From Eledone cirrhosa (taxonomy: Eukaryota): 64,000 nt of DNA. The position numbers were made by a program, and so were the translations under genes. The notes under the pieces are model-generated. The model was not told where the DNA came from, did no database searches, and was given only the letters and a program-made list of their open reading frames with translations. This document shows positions 43,206 to 58,235 of the stretch, one piece after another; within the stretch, counting starts at the first letter, position 1; every line of letters starts with the position of its first letter. Location of the stretch: assembly GCA_964016885.1 (NCBI GenBank), contig CAXHJY010000705.1:1-64000 (forward strand). The letters run 5' to 3'.

Positions 43206-43229
43206 ATGATTTCTAATTTGGGCAAAAGA

Positions 43230-44520
43230 AATGGAATTCCTACGGTGGGTTTTTGAGGTAACATTACTCGGAGATCAGAGAGTCACTTCAGATAGAGTCG
43301 CTACTTTTCTGAATGGAGGGATCACAACCCCAATATTATGGACATGTGTTTAGAATATCTCAGGAAATAATCTCTGGACAGATTTGTAGCTCGGAGATCA
43401 GAGAGTCACTCCAGGTAGAGCTGCTACTTCTTCTAATTGAGAGATCACAGCTATGGACATGTGTTTAGAATATCCCAGGAAATAATTTCTGGTGAGATTT
43501 GTAGCTTTGAGATTGGAGAGTCACTCCAGGTAGAGCCGCTATCTCTCCCAATTGAGAGATTACAGCTCCGCCACTATACACATGTGGTTAGAATATCCCA
43601 GGAAAGAATCTCTGGACAGATTTGTAGCTTGAAGATCAGAGAGTCACTCCTGGTAGAGCTGCTACTTCTCACAATTGAGAGATCACAGCTCCGATACTAT
43701 GGACATGTGGTTAGAATATCCCAGGAACGAATCTCTGGACAGATTTGTAGCAAGAAGATCAGAGAGTCACTCCTGGTAGAGCTGCTACTTCTCCCAATTG
43801 AGAGATCACAGCTCCGATACTATGGACATGTGGTTATAATATCCCAGGAAAGGATCTCTGGACAGATTTGTAGCAAGAAGATCAGAGAGTCACTCCTGGT
43901 AGAGCTGCTACTTCTCCCAATTGAGAGATCACAGCTCCGATACTATGGACATGTGGTTAGAATATCCCAGGAAAGAATCTCTGGACAGATTTGTAGCAAG
44001 AAGATCAGAGAGTCACTCCTGGTAGAGCTGCTACTTCTCCCAATTGAGAGATCACAGCTCTGGTACTATGGGGATGTGATTAGTCACTCCAGGTAGAGCC
44101 GCTATTTCTCCCATTCGAGAGATCACAGCTCTGGTACTATGGGGATGTGGTTAGTCACTCCAGGTAGAGCCGCTACTTCTCCCATTCGAGAGATCACAGA
44201 TCTGGTACTATGGGAATGTGGTTAGTCACTCCAGGTAGAGCCGCTACTTCTCCCATTCGAGAGATCACAGCTCTGGTACTATGGGGAATGTGGTTAGAAT
44301 GTCTCATGAATGATTCACTGGACATATTTTTACGGGCAAAACCAGCCAGCAGGAGACTTAGGGGTAGATCTCCGATAAAAATGTTTCGATAACATCCATG
44401 AGCTTGGCTGGTCACGCTTGGGGATCTATTCGGATCAGCTGGAGACGGTTGCTTCTGCCAGGATCTGATGGAATGAGTGATTGAGGACGGCCTCCAGGAT
44501 CCTCTCAGAAATATGAGGGC
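43230..44520 (+). mobile_element. RTE-clade LINE 3' fragment with internal tandem amplification (123-bp x ~6-7, 71-bp x ~3)
   Basis: Repeated IRESL.VE.LLL.IERSQLRYYGHVVR; then AKPASRRLRGRSP (similar to the GRRPRGRP motif of RTE C-termini). Confidence 0.8.
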
Positions 44521-44646
44521 GAAGAAAAAGAAACTATATTTTAACATTTACATCATGTAAGAATCATTTTAACCATTGAAATAACACAAAATCAGTTGAA
44601 TTAGCTTCACATTTATCAAAAGCCTGCAACCAATACAATCGGCCCA

Positions 44647-44767
44647 TTGGCGGAATGGTTACAACATCAGTTAGAATGCTTTGCGTTTAGACTTTCAGCA
44701 ATCTGGGTTCAAATTCTGCCGAGGTCATCTTTGTCTTTCATCCATTCGAGGTCTATAAAGGTACTAT
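44647..44767 (+). mobile_element. Diverged tRNA-SINE
   Basis: tggcggaatggtta...gggttcaaattctgccgaggtcatctttgtctttcatcc. Confidence 0.75.
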
Positions 44768-46639
44768 GGTCGATTCTTTTTGTATATATCTTCCTCATTC
44801 CCATTCTGTCACTCTATCATTCTCTGGAAGAAATCTACTGTATTTACACCTGGAAAGGAGGTGGGTTTCACCAGGTTTAAAGATGCCCTTAAAAAGGTGT
44901 ATCTCAATACGGCGTCCCTAAGCCTCCCTTAAAAGTTACGGGTGTTTTAGTAACCGTTAAATATATGGTTTAATTGATAAAATGTAGTCCGGTTTCTATA
45001 TTATTGTTGAAAAAAATTAAGAAATTAATGAGGATAGTCACCGCTGGAGTGACTTTTATCATAGACTAGGATTTTTTCAACAAACTGACGTGTATGTGTA
45101 TATTTGAGTGCATGTGTGTATGTGTATATGTATATATTTATATGTATGGTTATATAAATATAAAAGCGCAAACATATTTACACTTACAAAAATACACACT
45201 CACAGTCACATTCACATAAATACACATACATTCACCTAAGCACACACAATCATTCACAAAATCACAGACACACATACCTTTAAACAAAAACACGCATACA
45301 TATGCATGCACACCAATACACACATACACACACATACACAACACATACACTAAAATACAGTGAAGCAAACGTAACGCCAGCTTCTGTTTTGCTTTAGCTT
45401 TTTCACCACCGCTTCCTTCCTTTTAGACACACATACATTCACTCAAACTCATACACACACACATTGTGTGATGGACGGACGGACGGAATTTGATCAAATT
45501 TATATATAGATTGTTTTTATAAAAGGCGACCCTGAGGCTAAATGATAATAAATAATATTTACAACCACAGAATTTAATCATGAAATGTGTTTGTAAACGC
45601 TAATTTCTGTTGTATTTAGAATTTCAGTAAAGAAAGTAGACAGAATAGCCCCAGGTGGAGTGAAGGTTATCATAGATCTTCTTGGCCTACGATGGACCTG
45701 GGGCTAAATTAAAACAATAACAACAATAATACACACAATACAATCCTCAAGCCATTTCTGTTAGCTTTATTGTTTGCCGTGTTTACCAGATGTTCTGTAA
45801 ATAGAGATATTTTTGATTTTAGGTTTGCTTCAATACAGATTTGACTTTGTAAATGTGCCATGAATATTTAATAGGGTTCGTTCTGGTCTGGTGAATGTCC
45901 AGGCCTGATCCGAAGACAGAATTTGGCAGAATAATGTAGAACATTAGCATTTTTGGTATATTGCCAATTCTGATATAGAGTTAGAACTGGTATGAAACGA
46001 CAGTTGTCGAGAAATGGACACAAGCATGGTTGCGGGTTTAAAATAGTTCAATTTAGCACCATGTAAGTCTGGTTTCAATTATACTGCGAGGTATATTGCG
46101 TAATTTAGCACCGCCTCACTCTGGGTCACAAATATAGTGCGAGCTATCTTGGGTAATGTAGCACCACGTGACATTTGGTCTCAAATATATAGTGCGAGAT
46201 GTATTGGCTAATTTAGCACCACGAGACATTTGGTCTCAAATATATAGTGCGAGATATATTGGGTAATATAGCACCACGTGACGTGCAAACACAGACACTC
46301 TTACAAAAATACACACTTCCAGACATAGATACATTCACACACACATGCACACACATACATTTACACGAACACATACACATATACTTACACACATACATCT
46401 TTGCAAATACAACGCAAGCCGCTGTTTTACTATATTTGTTTCACCACCCCTTTCCTTTGGTTTATACACACATACATTCACACAAACACACACATTGTGT
46501 GACGGACGGAAGTCGCACAGATTTATATATAGATTGGGATTGATAATATAAAGTACTACTTATGTAATGGGGTACATATACTCGACTTCCTCTTTCTCCA
46601 AATTCCTGATCTTGTTTCTATCCTGTTCTTGTGACGCTA

Positions 46640-47080
46640 AACTCCGCAAGTTGCAGACAGCGCATCAACATGAAATATTTTTCTCCACAAAGTTCGATCA
46701 CCAGCAGCAGAGTTTAAAGAGCAAAGATCCATAAGTTGACATTGTGAAGCCATCGTTTTGAATGCCGGCCTCTGCTTCTCTTACCAGCCAACCTTCCTTC
46801 CAGGCGTAACCTACTCACTCCACGCGTTGATCTTTTTATATGATCATATTGTTTGAGTACTTCTCACTCGACAATTTATGTAATTGGTCTAAGCTTGGTA
46901 ATGTTGAGCAGCTCACTGATACGGATACGGTCGCTGAACCGCTTGCCAGTCATATGTCTCATGATGTGGTTCTGGAATATAGAGAGCTTCTGAAGAGACA
47001 GAGACCTTCTCGTCCAATTAACACAGTCAAGACCATATAACACAACTGGTAGGATGTAAGTATCAAAGATCTTAAAAAGT
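46640..47080 (-). mobile_element. Decayed RTE-like LINE 3' fragment
   Basis: Minus peptides KLSIFQNHIMRHMTGKRFSDRIRISELLNITKL...LEGRLAGKRSRGRHSKRWLHNV...DRTLWRKI. Confidence 0.75.
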
Positions 47081-48129
47081 ATTATATTACGGAAATAATT
47101 CTTTATTATGGCCTTTTAGATTTAGAGTTCAGGTCGCACTGGGGAGAACTGTGTTTCTTATTCCTACCTGATTGATAACATAATATACCAGTAATGTAAC
47201 AGGGTCATTTTCGTAGATTTTCTTTCTACTAAAAAAAAAAATGGTAATTTTTTGGAGTAGAAAATCATTTTAAATATTGTACATCATTTCAGTCGTTATA
47301 CGTTTTTATACTTCAAATAATATCTAAAACAATTCCTAGCTCGAGGATGGTGAAAGATCTCACGCATGCAACAGGTGGCAAAAGAAAATATTTTCATGGT
47401 AATTGAAATACATTTTTGTTAGTGATTGTATTCATTTTTAATAGACAACCTTTCGATTTTTAGCTGTCATCTGTGTGGCTTTAGTGATATTGTTTTTGTT
47501 TTTTTTAAATGTTCAAGCAGTGGCCATCTTGTCAAAATGGAAGAAAAGATATGTTTTACTTTGATATCTGAGTTTAACGCTGTTAACTGTGATTAATATT
47601 ACAACATCAAAGACTGCAACAACTACAACAACAACACAACCGACAACAACAACACCAACAACTGCGACCTTATCAAAACTATCTTGTCGACTTCTTAAAG
47701 AATATTTTCAATATATTACTCTTCTTTTTTACCATAAAATATTTTATAAAATACAAATATAAAAGAATTACTGACAGTACTGACACAGCGTGATTCCCTA
47801 TAAAGATGTATATATAGGCCTGTATACAACCGTTTGTGTATAGTAAACAACATTTTTATCTCGCTATGTGTATTTGTAGCTGCAATCATATGACAACTTG
47901 GTATTGGTGGATGGTGATCGCTGGATACACGTATGGTACTTCAGTGTCGTTACACTTCGTCAGGAGATAGGGACAGAAGCAACTAGATTTTGTTAGCAGG
48001 ATTTTGTAAAAAAGCTTATTTCAAAATAGAAATTTTACATAGAAAACAAACAAACTAAAATAAAGTACGTACTCACACATACTTACATACAAACCTCACG
48101 TAAACACACATACACATACGCGCGCTCAC

Positions 48130-49223
48130 ATACACAAATTCACACGCATTCGAAGAAACATTCTATACACACACGCACAAATACACACACACGTACACAC
48201 ATAAAAACACAGAAGCTGACAGGCGCTCCTCCATACGCATTACAAAGACACACTCCACACACACACTCACACGCACACATACATACAAACATACACACAC
48301 ACACACACACTAGCTGACAGGCGCTCCTCCACACGCATTACAAAAAAAAACACCACACACACTTACATACAAACACACATACACACACACTAGCTGACAG
48401 GCGCTTCTCCACACGCATTACAAAGACACACTCCACACATACATACGCACACATACATACAAACACATACACACACACTACATGACAGGCGCTCATCCAC
48501 ACGCATTACAAAGACACACTCCACACACACACACATACATACAAACACACACACACACACTAGCTGACAGGCCCTACTCCACACGCATACAAAGACACAC
48601 TCTACACACACACACACACTAGCTGACAGGCGTGCTCCTCCACACGCATACAAAGCACGTGAACTACACACACACGTACACACAACAACACACACACGCA
48701 CACATACATACAAACACACATACACACACACTTGCTGACAGGCGCTCCTCCACACGCATACAAAGAACGTGAACTACGTACACACAACAACACACACACA
48801 CATATACATACATACACACACACACTAGCTGACAGGCGCGCTCCTCCACACGCATACAAAGCACGTGGACTACACACACACACTACATTACAGGCGCTCC
48901 TCCACACGCATTACAAAGACACACTCCACACACACACACGCACATACAAACACACACACACACACACACTAGCTGACAGGCGCTACTCCACACGCATTAC
49001 AAAGACACCCCCCCACACACACACACGCACACGTACATACAAACACACACACACACACACACACACACTAGCTGACAGGCGCTCCTCCACACGCATTACA
49101 AAGACACACCCCCCACACACACACGCACATACAAACATACACACACACACACACTAGCTGACAGGCGGTCCTCCACACGCATTACAAAGACACCCCCCCC
49201 CCACACACACGCACACGTACATA

Positions 49224-49257
<34 letters not shown>

Positions 49258-49470
49258 CTGACAGGCGCTCCTCCACACGCATACAAAGCCCGTGAACTAC
49301 ACACACACATACACACAACAAGACACACACACATACACATACACATACACACATACACTAGCTGACAGGCGCTCATCCACACGAATAAAAATCACGTGAA
49401 CTACACACACACGTACACAGAACATCACACACAATCACACACATACACATACACACTAGCGACAGACCCT
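48130..49470. repeat. Minisatellite: tagctgacaggcgctcctccacacgcattacaaag core separated by variable (CA)n
   Basis: About 17 recurrences. Confidence 0.9.
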
Positions 49471-49483
49471 CCCCTATACTTAC

Positions 49484-49555
49484 GAAACACGCCGACCTCC
49501 ATAATTCAATCGAAGGAACAGAATTCAAGCGATAAAGTAAAAATTGGAGTTGAAG
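49484..49555 (-). CDS. Candidate 72-bp internal exon (LQLQFLLYRLNSVPSIELWRSACF), gene unknown
   Basis: Acceptor ttattttttaaaaag, donor gtaagt; only phase 0 is open; unique island between two repeats. Confidence 0.4.
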
Positions 49556-49575
49556 CTTTTTAAAAAATAAGATAA

Positions 49576-49577
<2 letters not shown>

Positions 49578-49637
<60 letters not shown>

Positions 49638-52069
49638 GCAGCAACAACAACAGTGGTAACAGTAACAATAACAACAACAGCAGCAGCAACAATAACAGCA
49701 ACAACAGCAGTGGTAACAGCAGCAACAACAACAACAGCAACAACAACAACAACAGCAACAACAACAACAACAACAGCAGTGGTAACAGCAACAACAGCAA
49801 CAACAACATCAGTAACAGCAACAACAGCAACAGCAGTAATCACAACAACAACAACAACAACATCAGTAACAGTAACAACAGCAACAACAGTAACCACAAC
49901 AACAACAGTAACCACAACAACAACAACAACAACATCAGTAACAGTAACAACAGCAACAACAGTAACCACAACAACAAAAGCAACAACAACAGCAACAACG
50001 GTAACCACAACAACAACAACAACAACATCAGTAACAGTAACAACAGCAACAACAGTAACCACAACAACAACAGCAACAACAACAGCAACAACGGTAACCA
50101 CAACAACAACAACAACAACATCAGTAACAGTAACAACAGCAACAACAGTAACAGTAACAACAGCAACCACAACAACAACAGTAACCACAACAACAACAAC
50201 AACATCAGTAACAGTAACAACAGCAACAACAGTAAACACAACAACAACAGTAACCACAACAACAACAACAACAACAACATCAGTAACAGTAACAACAGCA
50301 ACAACAGTAACCACAACAACAAAAGCAACAACAACAGCAACAACAGTAACCACAACAACAACAACAACAACAGTAACAGTAACAACAACAACATCAGTAA
50401 CAGTAACAACAACAACCACAACAACAACAGTAACCACAACAACAACAACAACAACATCAGTAACAGTAACAACAGCAACAACAGTAACCACAACAACAAA
50501 AGCAACAACAACAGCAACAACAGTAACCACAACAACAACAACAACAACAACATCAGTAACAGTAACAACAGCAACAACAGTAACCGCAACAACAAAAGCA
50601 ACAACAACAGCAACAACAGTAACCACAACAACAACAACAACAACAGTAACAGTAACAACAACAACATCAGTAACAGTAACAACAACAACCACAACAACAA
50701 CAGTAACCACAACAACAACAACAACAACAGTAACAGTAACAACAACAACATCAGTAACAGTAACAACAACAACCACAACAACAACAGTAACCACAACAAC
50801 AACAACAACAACAGTAACAGTAACAACAACAACATCAGTAACAGTAACAACAACAACCACAACAACAACAGTAACCACAACAACAAAAGCAACAACAACA
50901 GCAACAACAGTAACCACAACAACAACAACAACAACAACATCAGTAACAGTAACAACAGCAACAACAGTAACCACAACAACAAAAGCAACAACAACAGCAA
51001 CAACAGTAACCACAACAACAACAACAACAACAACATCAGTAACAGTAACAACAGCAACAACAGTAACCGCAACAACAAAAGCAACAACAACAGCAACAAC
51101 AGTAACCACAACAACAACAACAACATCAGTAACAGTAACAACAACAACCACAACAACAACAGTAACCACAACAACAACAACAACAACATCAGTAACAGTA
51201 ACAACAGCAACAACAGTAACCACAACAACAACAGTAACCACAACAACAACAACAACAACAACAGTAACAACAACAACAACAACAACATCAGTAACAGTAA
51301 CAACAGCAACAACAGTAACCACAACAACAAAAGCAACAACAACAGCAACAACGGTAACCACAACAACAACAACAACAACAACATCAGTAACAGTAACAAC
51401 AACAACATCAGTAACAGTAACAACAGCAACCACAACAACAACAGTAACCACAACAACAACAACAACATCAGTAACAGTAACAACAGCAACAACAGTAAAC
51501 ACAACAACAACAGTAACCACAACAACAACAACAACAACAACATCAGTAACAGTAACAACAGCAACAACAGTAACCACAACAACAAAAGCAACAACAACAG
51601 CAACAACAGTAACCACAACAACAACAACAACAACAGTAAGAGTAACAACAACAACATCAGTAACAGTAACAACAACAACCACAACAACAACAGTAACCAC
51701 AACAACAACAACAACAACATCAGTAACAGTAACAACAGCAACAACAGTAACCACAACAACAAAAGCAACAACAACAGCAACAACAGTAACCACAACAACA
51801 ACAACAACAACAACATCAGTAACAGTAACAACAGCAACAGCAGTAACCGCAACAACAAAAGCAACAACAACAGCAACAACAGCAACAACAGCAGTGGTAA
51901 CAGTAACAACAACAACAACAGCAACAACAGCAACAACAACAACATAAAAATATAAAAAAAAAAATAATGGTGATGATGGTGATGATGGTGATGGTGCTGG
52001 TGATGTTGGTGGTGGTGATGATGATGGTAATGATGATGATGATGATGATGGTGGTGAAGATGAGGATGT

Positions 52070-52101
<32 letters not shown>

Positions 52102-52280
52102 GTGATGGTGGCGATAATGGGGGTGTTGATGATGGTGATGGTGATGGTGCTGATGATGGTGTTGGTGGTGATGATGATGATAATGATGATGAAGGTGGTG
52201 ATGTTGGTGTTGGTGAGGATGATGATAATGGTGATGGTGATGATGGTGATGGTGATGATGATGGTGATGATGATGGTGAT
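49578..52280. repeat. (CAA)n/CAGTAA higher-order trinucleotide repeat followed by (GAT/GGT)n
   Basis: Direct reading. Confidence 0.9.
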
Positions 52281-52491
52281 GATTTTAAAACCTGCAAAGA
52301 AACCTCTCTTTAAAATGGTTTCCCTCCAAAATCACGTGGACAGAGAAAAATTGAATTATTAATGAAAAAAAAAATGGCACCTTCATTTTAACAGTGACAT
52401 TTAGAATGTTGGAGAAGAAAGGAAAAGAGGGCGAGAAATGGCTGTGAATTTCTCCTTCTTTCTTAATCTTTACATCTCACTTTACACACAC

Positions 52492-54019
52492 ACGTATATA
52501 TATATATAAGTATGTATACGTACATACATTTATGTATACAGACGTACAGTAGTATGTATATATATACATACATGCACACACATATATATATATATAAGTA
52601 TGTATACGTACGTACATTTATGTATACAGACGTACAGTAGTATGCATATATATATACATACATGCACACACATATATATATATATATATAAGTATGTATA
52701 CGTACATACATTTATGTATACAGACGTACAGTAGTATGCATATATATATACATACATGCACACACATATATATATATATATAAGTATGTATACGTACATA
52801 CATATATGTATACAGACGTACAGTAGTATGTATACATATATACATACATGCACACATATATATATATATAAGTATGTATACGTACATACATTTATGTATA
52901 CAGGCGTACAGTAGTATGCATATATATATACATACATGCACACATATATATATATATATATATAAGTATGTATACGTACATACATATATGTATACAGACG
53001 TACAATAGTATGCATATATATATACATACATGCACACACATATATATATATATATATATAAGTATGTATACGTACATACATTTATGTATACAGACGTACA
53101 ATAGTATGTATATATATATACATACATGCGCCACACATATATATATATAAGTATGTATACGTATAACATTTATGTATACAGACGTACAGTAGTATGCATA
53201 TATATATACATACATGCACACATATATATATATATAAGTATGTATACGTACATACATTTATGTATACAGACGTACAGTAGTATGCATATATATATACATA
53301 CATGCACACATAAATATATATATATATATATATAAGTATGTATACGTACATACATATATCTATACAGACGTACAGTAGTATGCATATATATATACATACA
53401 TGCACACATATATATATATATATAAGTATGTATACGTACATACATTTATGTATACAGACGTACAATAGTATGCATATATATACATACATGCACACATATA
53501 TATATAAGTATGTATACGTACATACATTTATGTATACAGACGTACAATAGTATGCATATATATACATACATGCACACATATATATATATATAAGTATGTA
53601 TACGTACATACATATATGTATACAGACGTACAATAGTATGCATATATATATACATACATGAAAACATAAATATATATATATAAGTATGTATACGTACATA
53701 CATTTATGTATACAGACGTACAGTAGTATGCATATATATATATACATACATGCACACATATATATATATATAAGTATGTATACGTACATACATATATGTA
53801 TACAGGCGTACAGTAGTATGCATATATATATATACATACATGCACACATAAATATATATATATAAGTATCTATACGTACATACATATATGTATACAGGCG
53901 TACAGTAGTATGTATATATATATACATACATGCACACATATATATATATATATGTACGTATGGATATAAGTAACAGCCGTACTAAGAGTGGGTAATGAAA
54001 TTTCGTTTCATTTTTTTCC

Positions 54020-54023
<4 letters not shown>
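52492..54023. repeat. ~60-bp minisatellite (~24 copies) derived from the family B HHR repeat
   Basis: Unit taagtatgtatacgtacatacatttatgtatacagacgtacagtagtatgcat...catgcacaca matches 12455-12535; the right flank continues as family B sequence. Confidence 0.88.
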
Positions 54024-54095
<72 letters not shown>

Positions 54096-54198
54096 TTCTT
54101 TCTAACCCTTTCTCACTCTCTCTCTATCTATCTATCTATCTATCTCTCTATCTCTCTATCTCTCTATCTATCTCCCTGTCTATATATATATTTATATA

Positions 54199-54243
<45 letters not shown>

Positions 54244-54248
54244 TTATT

Positions 54249-54299
<51 letters not shown>

Positions 54300-54350
54300 A
54301 TATATATGTATGTATATATATATATGTATATATATATATGTGTGTGTATG

Positions 54351-54382
<32 letters not shown>

Positions 54383-54421
54383 TGTATATATATACATATA
54401 TATAGGTATATATATATATAC

Positions 54422-54512
<91 letters not shown>

Positions 54513-54567
54513 TATACATATATATATTTATACATATATATATGTATATACATATATATATGTATAC

Positions 54568-54620
<53 letters not shown>

Positions 54621-54735
54621 CATATGTATACATATATATATGTATACATATATATATATGTATACATATATATATGTATACATATATATATGTATACATA
54701 TATATATGTATACATATATATATATACATATATAC

Positions 54736-54766
<31 letters not shown>

Positions 54767-54812
54767 TATATACATATATATATGTATATATATATACATA
54801 TATATACATATA

Positions 54813-54854
<42 letters not shown>

Positions 54855-54904
54855 TACATATATATATGTATATATATATACATATATATACATATATATA
54901 TGTA

Positions 54905-54938
<34 letters not shown>

Positions 54939-54949
54939 CATATATATAC

Positions 54950-54980
<31 letters not shown>

Positions 54981-54998
54981 TATATATACATATATATG

Positions 54999-55045
<47 letters not shown>

Positions 55046-55099
55046 GTATATATATATACATATATATATGTATATATATATACATATATATATGTGTAC

Positions 55100-55144
<45 letters not shown>

Positions 55145-55195
55145 CATATATATACATATATATATGTATATATATATACATATATATATGTATAC

Positions 55196-55235
<40 letters not shown>

Positions 55236-55241
55236 GTATAC

Positions 55242-55284
<43 letters not shown>

Positions 55285-55423
55285 CATATATATACATATA
55301 TATATGTATATATATATATACATATATATATGTATACATATATATATGTATATATATATATATATATATATACATATATATATGTATACATATATATATG
55401 TATATATATATATATATGTATAC

Positions 55424-55463
<40 letters not shown>

Positions 55464-55522
55464 GTATACATATATATATGTATATATATATATACATATA
55501 TATATGTATACATATAGATATG

Positions 55523-55553
<31 letters not shown>

Positions 55554-55653
55554 GTATACATATATATATATATGTATACATATATATATATGTATACATA
55601 TATATATATATATATATATGTATACATATATATATGTATACATATATATATGT

Positions 55654-55727
<74 letters not shown>
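54024..55727. repeat. (TA)n with TACA/TGTA variants
   Basis: Direct reading. Confidence 0.9.
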
Positions 55728-55732
<5 letters not shown>

Positions 55733-56252
55733 GAGAAGAAAGAATACTGTGTGGTTGCACATGGGTTACATATGATAAAAATAGTCATTTTCATCATTGT
55801 GATTTTCCAACCTTCATTGGTATTTGATCGCTTTAAAAATCATATACCTCCAGTTGGTGCGAGCAATAGCTAAATAAAGCTATTGGGACAAGTAAATCGC
55901 GTAAAGCGAGAGAGACAGATAAAGAAACATAGAAGGATAGCAACGCAAAGATAGGAAAAAACAAGCACATGGAGTCCGGTCAGCATAATCTGGGTGGATT
56001 TCATGAGCGAGGGAGACAGCAGACCGTCCGAGGCGAGTGAGGTGTGAGCAGGAAAGGACACCACTACAGTCCAAACGAGAGTGAGTGAGTGGAAGTGCGA
56101 GGAAGAGGCCAGTCGAGAGAGAGTGTGACTGACAGATGGGGCGAAAGAAGGTGAGAGAAACAGAGAGAGCGGGGAAGCAGTAAGAGAGAAACAGACAAAC
56201 GCAGCTGGGGAAATCGCTTTAAAAATCATATATATATATATATATATATATG

Positions 56253-56449
56253 TAACGAAGGAAAAGTGGTAAGGAACCAGGTGGACCATAACGCACCAAA
56301 GTACTCAATACTTAGGGTAGTAGAGTGGGTAATAGGAACAAGTAAAGCCCCGACGGCTGAGCTCAAGTCGTTTCGACGGCTAATTCTGGACTCCAGAATT
56401 AGACGTCGAAACGGCTTGAGCTCAGCCGTCGGGGTCTTACTTGTTCCTA
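56253..56449 (-). mobile_element. Family A fold-back element (copy 5)
   Basis: Apex aattctgga-c-tccagaatt; (TA)n flanks. Confidence 0.85.
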
Positions 56450-56575
56450 TATATATATGTATACATATACATATATATATGTATACATATATATATATGT
56501 ATACATATATATATGTATATATATTTATATATATGTATATATATATATATATGTATGTATATATATATATGTATG

Positions 56576-56611
<36 letters not shown>

Positions 56612-56753
56612 AGGATTAAAATACTGGACCGTGTTGGAGATAAACACCCTCTTCGTATTATAGAAATGACAGTAAAAGGTATAGCTCAATGTAATTAAAC
56701 AGAGCCGAAGAATTATTTTCGGCTTGTATTGGCCGATAGTGCTTCTTGTAGAT

Positions 56754-56803
56754 TTAATTGCCCTGATGAGTCCTTAATAGGACGAAACATTGTTGGCTAA
56801 TAA
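56754..56803 (+). ncRNA. Type-I hammerhead ribozyme in a ~235-bp insert (56611-56845) within (TA)n
   Basis: GCC CTGATGA GTCC-ttaata-GGAC GAAA CATTG TT GGC. Confidence 0.85.
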
Positions 56804-56845
56804 AGACTTTTGATGTATTGAAGGCTTCTTTGTTTTACTTTCGTA

Positions 56846-56879
<34 letters not shown>

Positions 56880-57074
56880 GTACATCTGGATGCTACTGAA
56901 TCTTATACTTGAAGAGTGAAAATCCTTAAACATTCGGCCATTATGCGTCCCCAACTTGATCTAATTAATATGAACGTACGGGATTACAAGAAAGAATCGC
57001 TGGACAGATATTACGGGTGAAAGCACCACAAATTGTATTCAGAATCCTTGCAACGATGAAGAGGAGGGGGAGGA

Positions 57075-57204
57075 GAAGAAGAAGAAGAAGAAGAAGAAGA
57101 AGAAGAAGAAGAAGAAGAAGAAGAAGAAGAAGAAGAAGAAGAAGAAGAAGAAGAAGAAGAAGAAGAAGAAGAAGAAGAAGAAGAAGAAGAAGAAGAAGAA
57201 GAAG
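57075..57204. repeat. (GAA)n
   Basis: Direct reading. Confidence 0.95.
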
Positions 57205-57720
57205 CGACTACCAGAACTGAAAAGCGTTACCAATTATTTGTTGTGTTGTCGTTGTTGTTATTTTTTTTGGGGGGGAAGTATGGGGAGGGGGGCGAGTCCC
57301 CTCTCTAATCAGTGGAGTAAAGATGATTTCTTTTATTTGAGCTCCAAAATATTTCGTGGGGTTAAGATCCTCAAAAGGATGTGTATGTATAATCTGCAAA
57401 TATCAACAATAAAATAAAAACGTATTAATTTCATAATAAAAAAAGGTTTGAAGAGGAAATTTAATGGAATATTCGAAGACTTTGGAAGCGGAAAATGGTG
57501 ATTTATGACAACATTGTAAGCTTGGCTGAGCAAAGGACGCATGCCCAAGTACTGCTGTGAAAGGAAACATGATGTGAAAACGTTCATGGCCGTTTAATGC
57601 GTTCCCATTATAAAATTAAAGGACCGAAAGATGGCGCTGTGCGATTTAATATATTTGGTCGGCTGCATTCTGCCATTTAAATGATAGAAGTTTAACGTTG
57701 CAAGGACCGTATCGTATCAG

Positions 57721-57727
57721 CCTACTA

Positions 57728-57768
<41 letters not shown>

Positions 57769-57844
57769 GCTACTATTGCCACTACTACTACTACTACTAC
57801 TAATACCACTGCTACTACTACTACTACTACTACTAATACCACTG

Positions 57845-57920
<76 letters not shown>
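57721..57920. repeat. (CTA)n
   Basis: Direct reading. Confidence 0.95.
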
Positions 57921-58235
57921 ATTGTAAATACATGTCCGTAGTACCAGAGCTGTAATTTCTCATTTCGGAGAAATAGCGGCCCTACCTGAAGGAAGTCTCT
58001 GATCACTAAGCTGTTGAAGGTGGTTACCTGTTATAAAACTTAGAATGGGAAGGGCCTGACTGGTCGTAAAATGCCCAAGGAACGCCGTATCTCAATACGA
58101 GGCTTCTACGACTCCATCAGGAATTACGGAACCAAACCGTATTTGTTATAAAATCCTCTGGGAGGCACCGATGAAGACTTTACATTCTGTATACTCTCGG
58201 GAATAAGAAAAAGGCAAGAAACATTTGATAGAATG

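Noticed and set aside
49653-51947. 764-aa Thr-rich mucin-like ORF and the antisense 974-aa and 701-aa ORFs
   Set aside because: Pure CAA-based repeat open in several frames, with no ATG start, signal peptide or unique domain; expression data would be needed to rescue it
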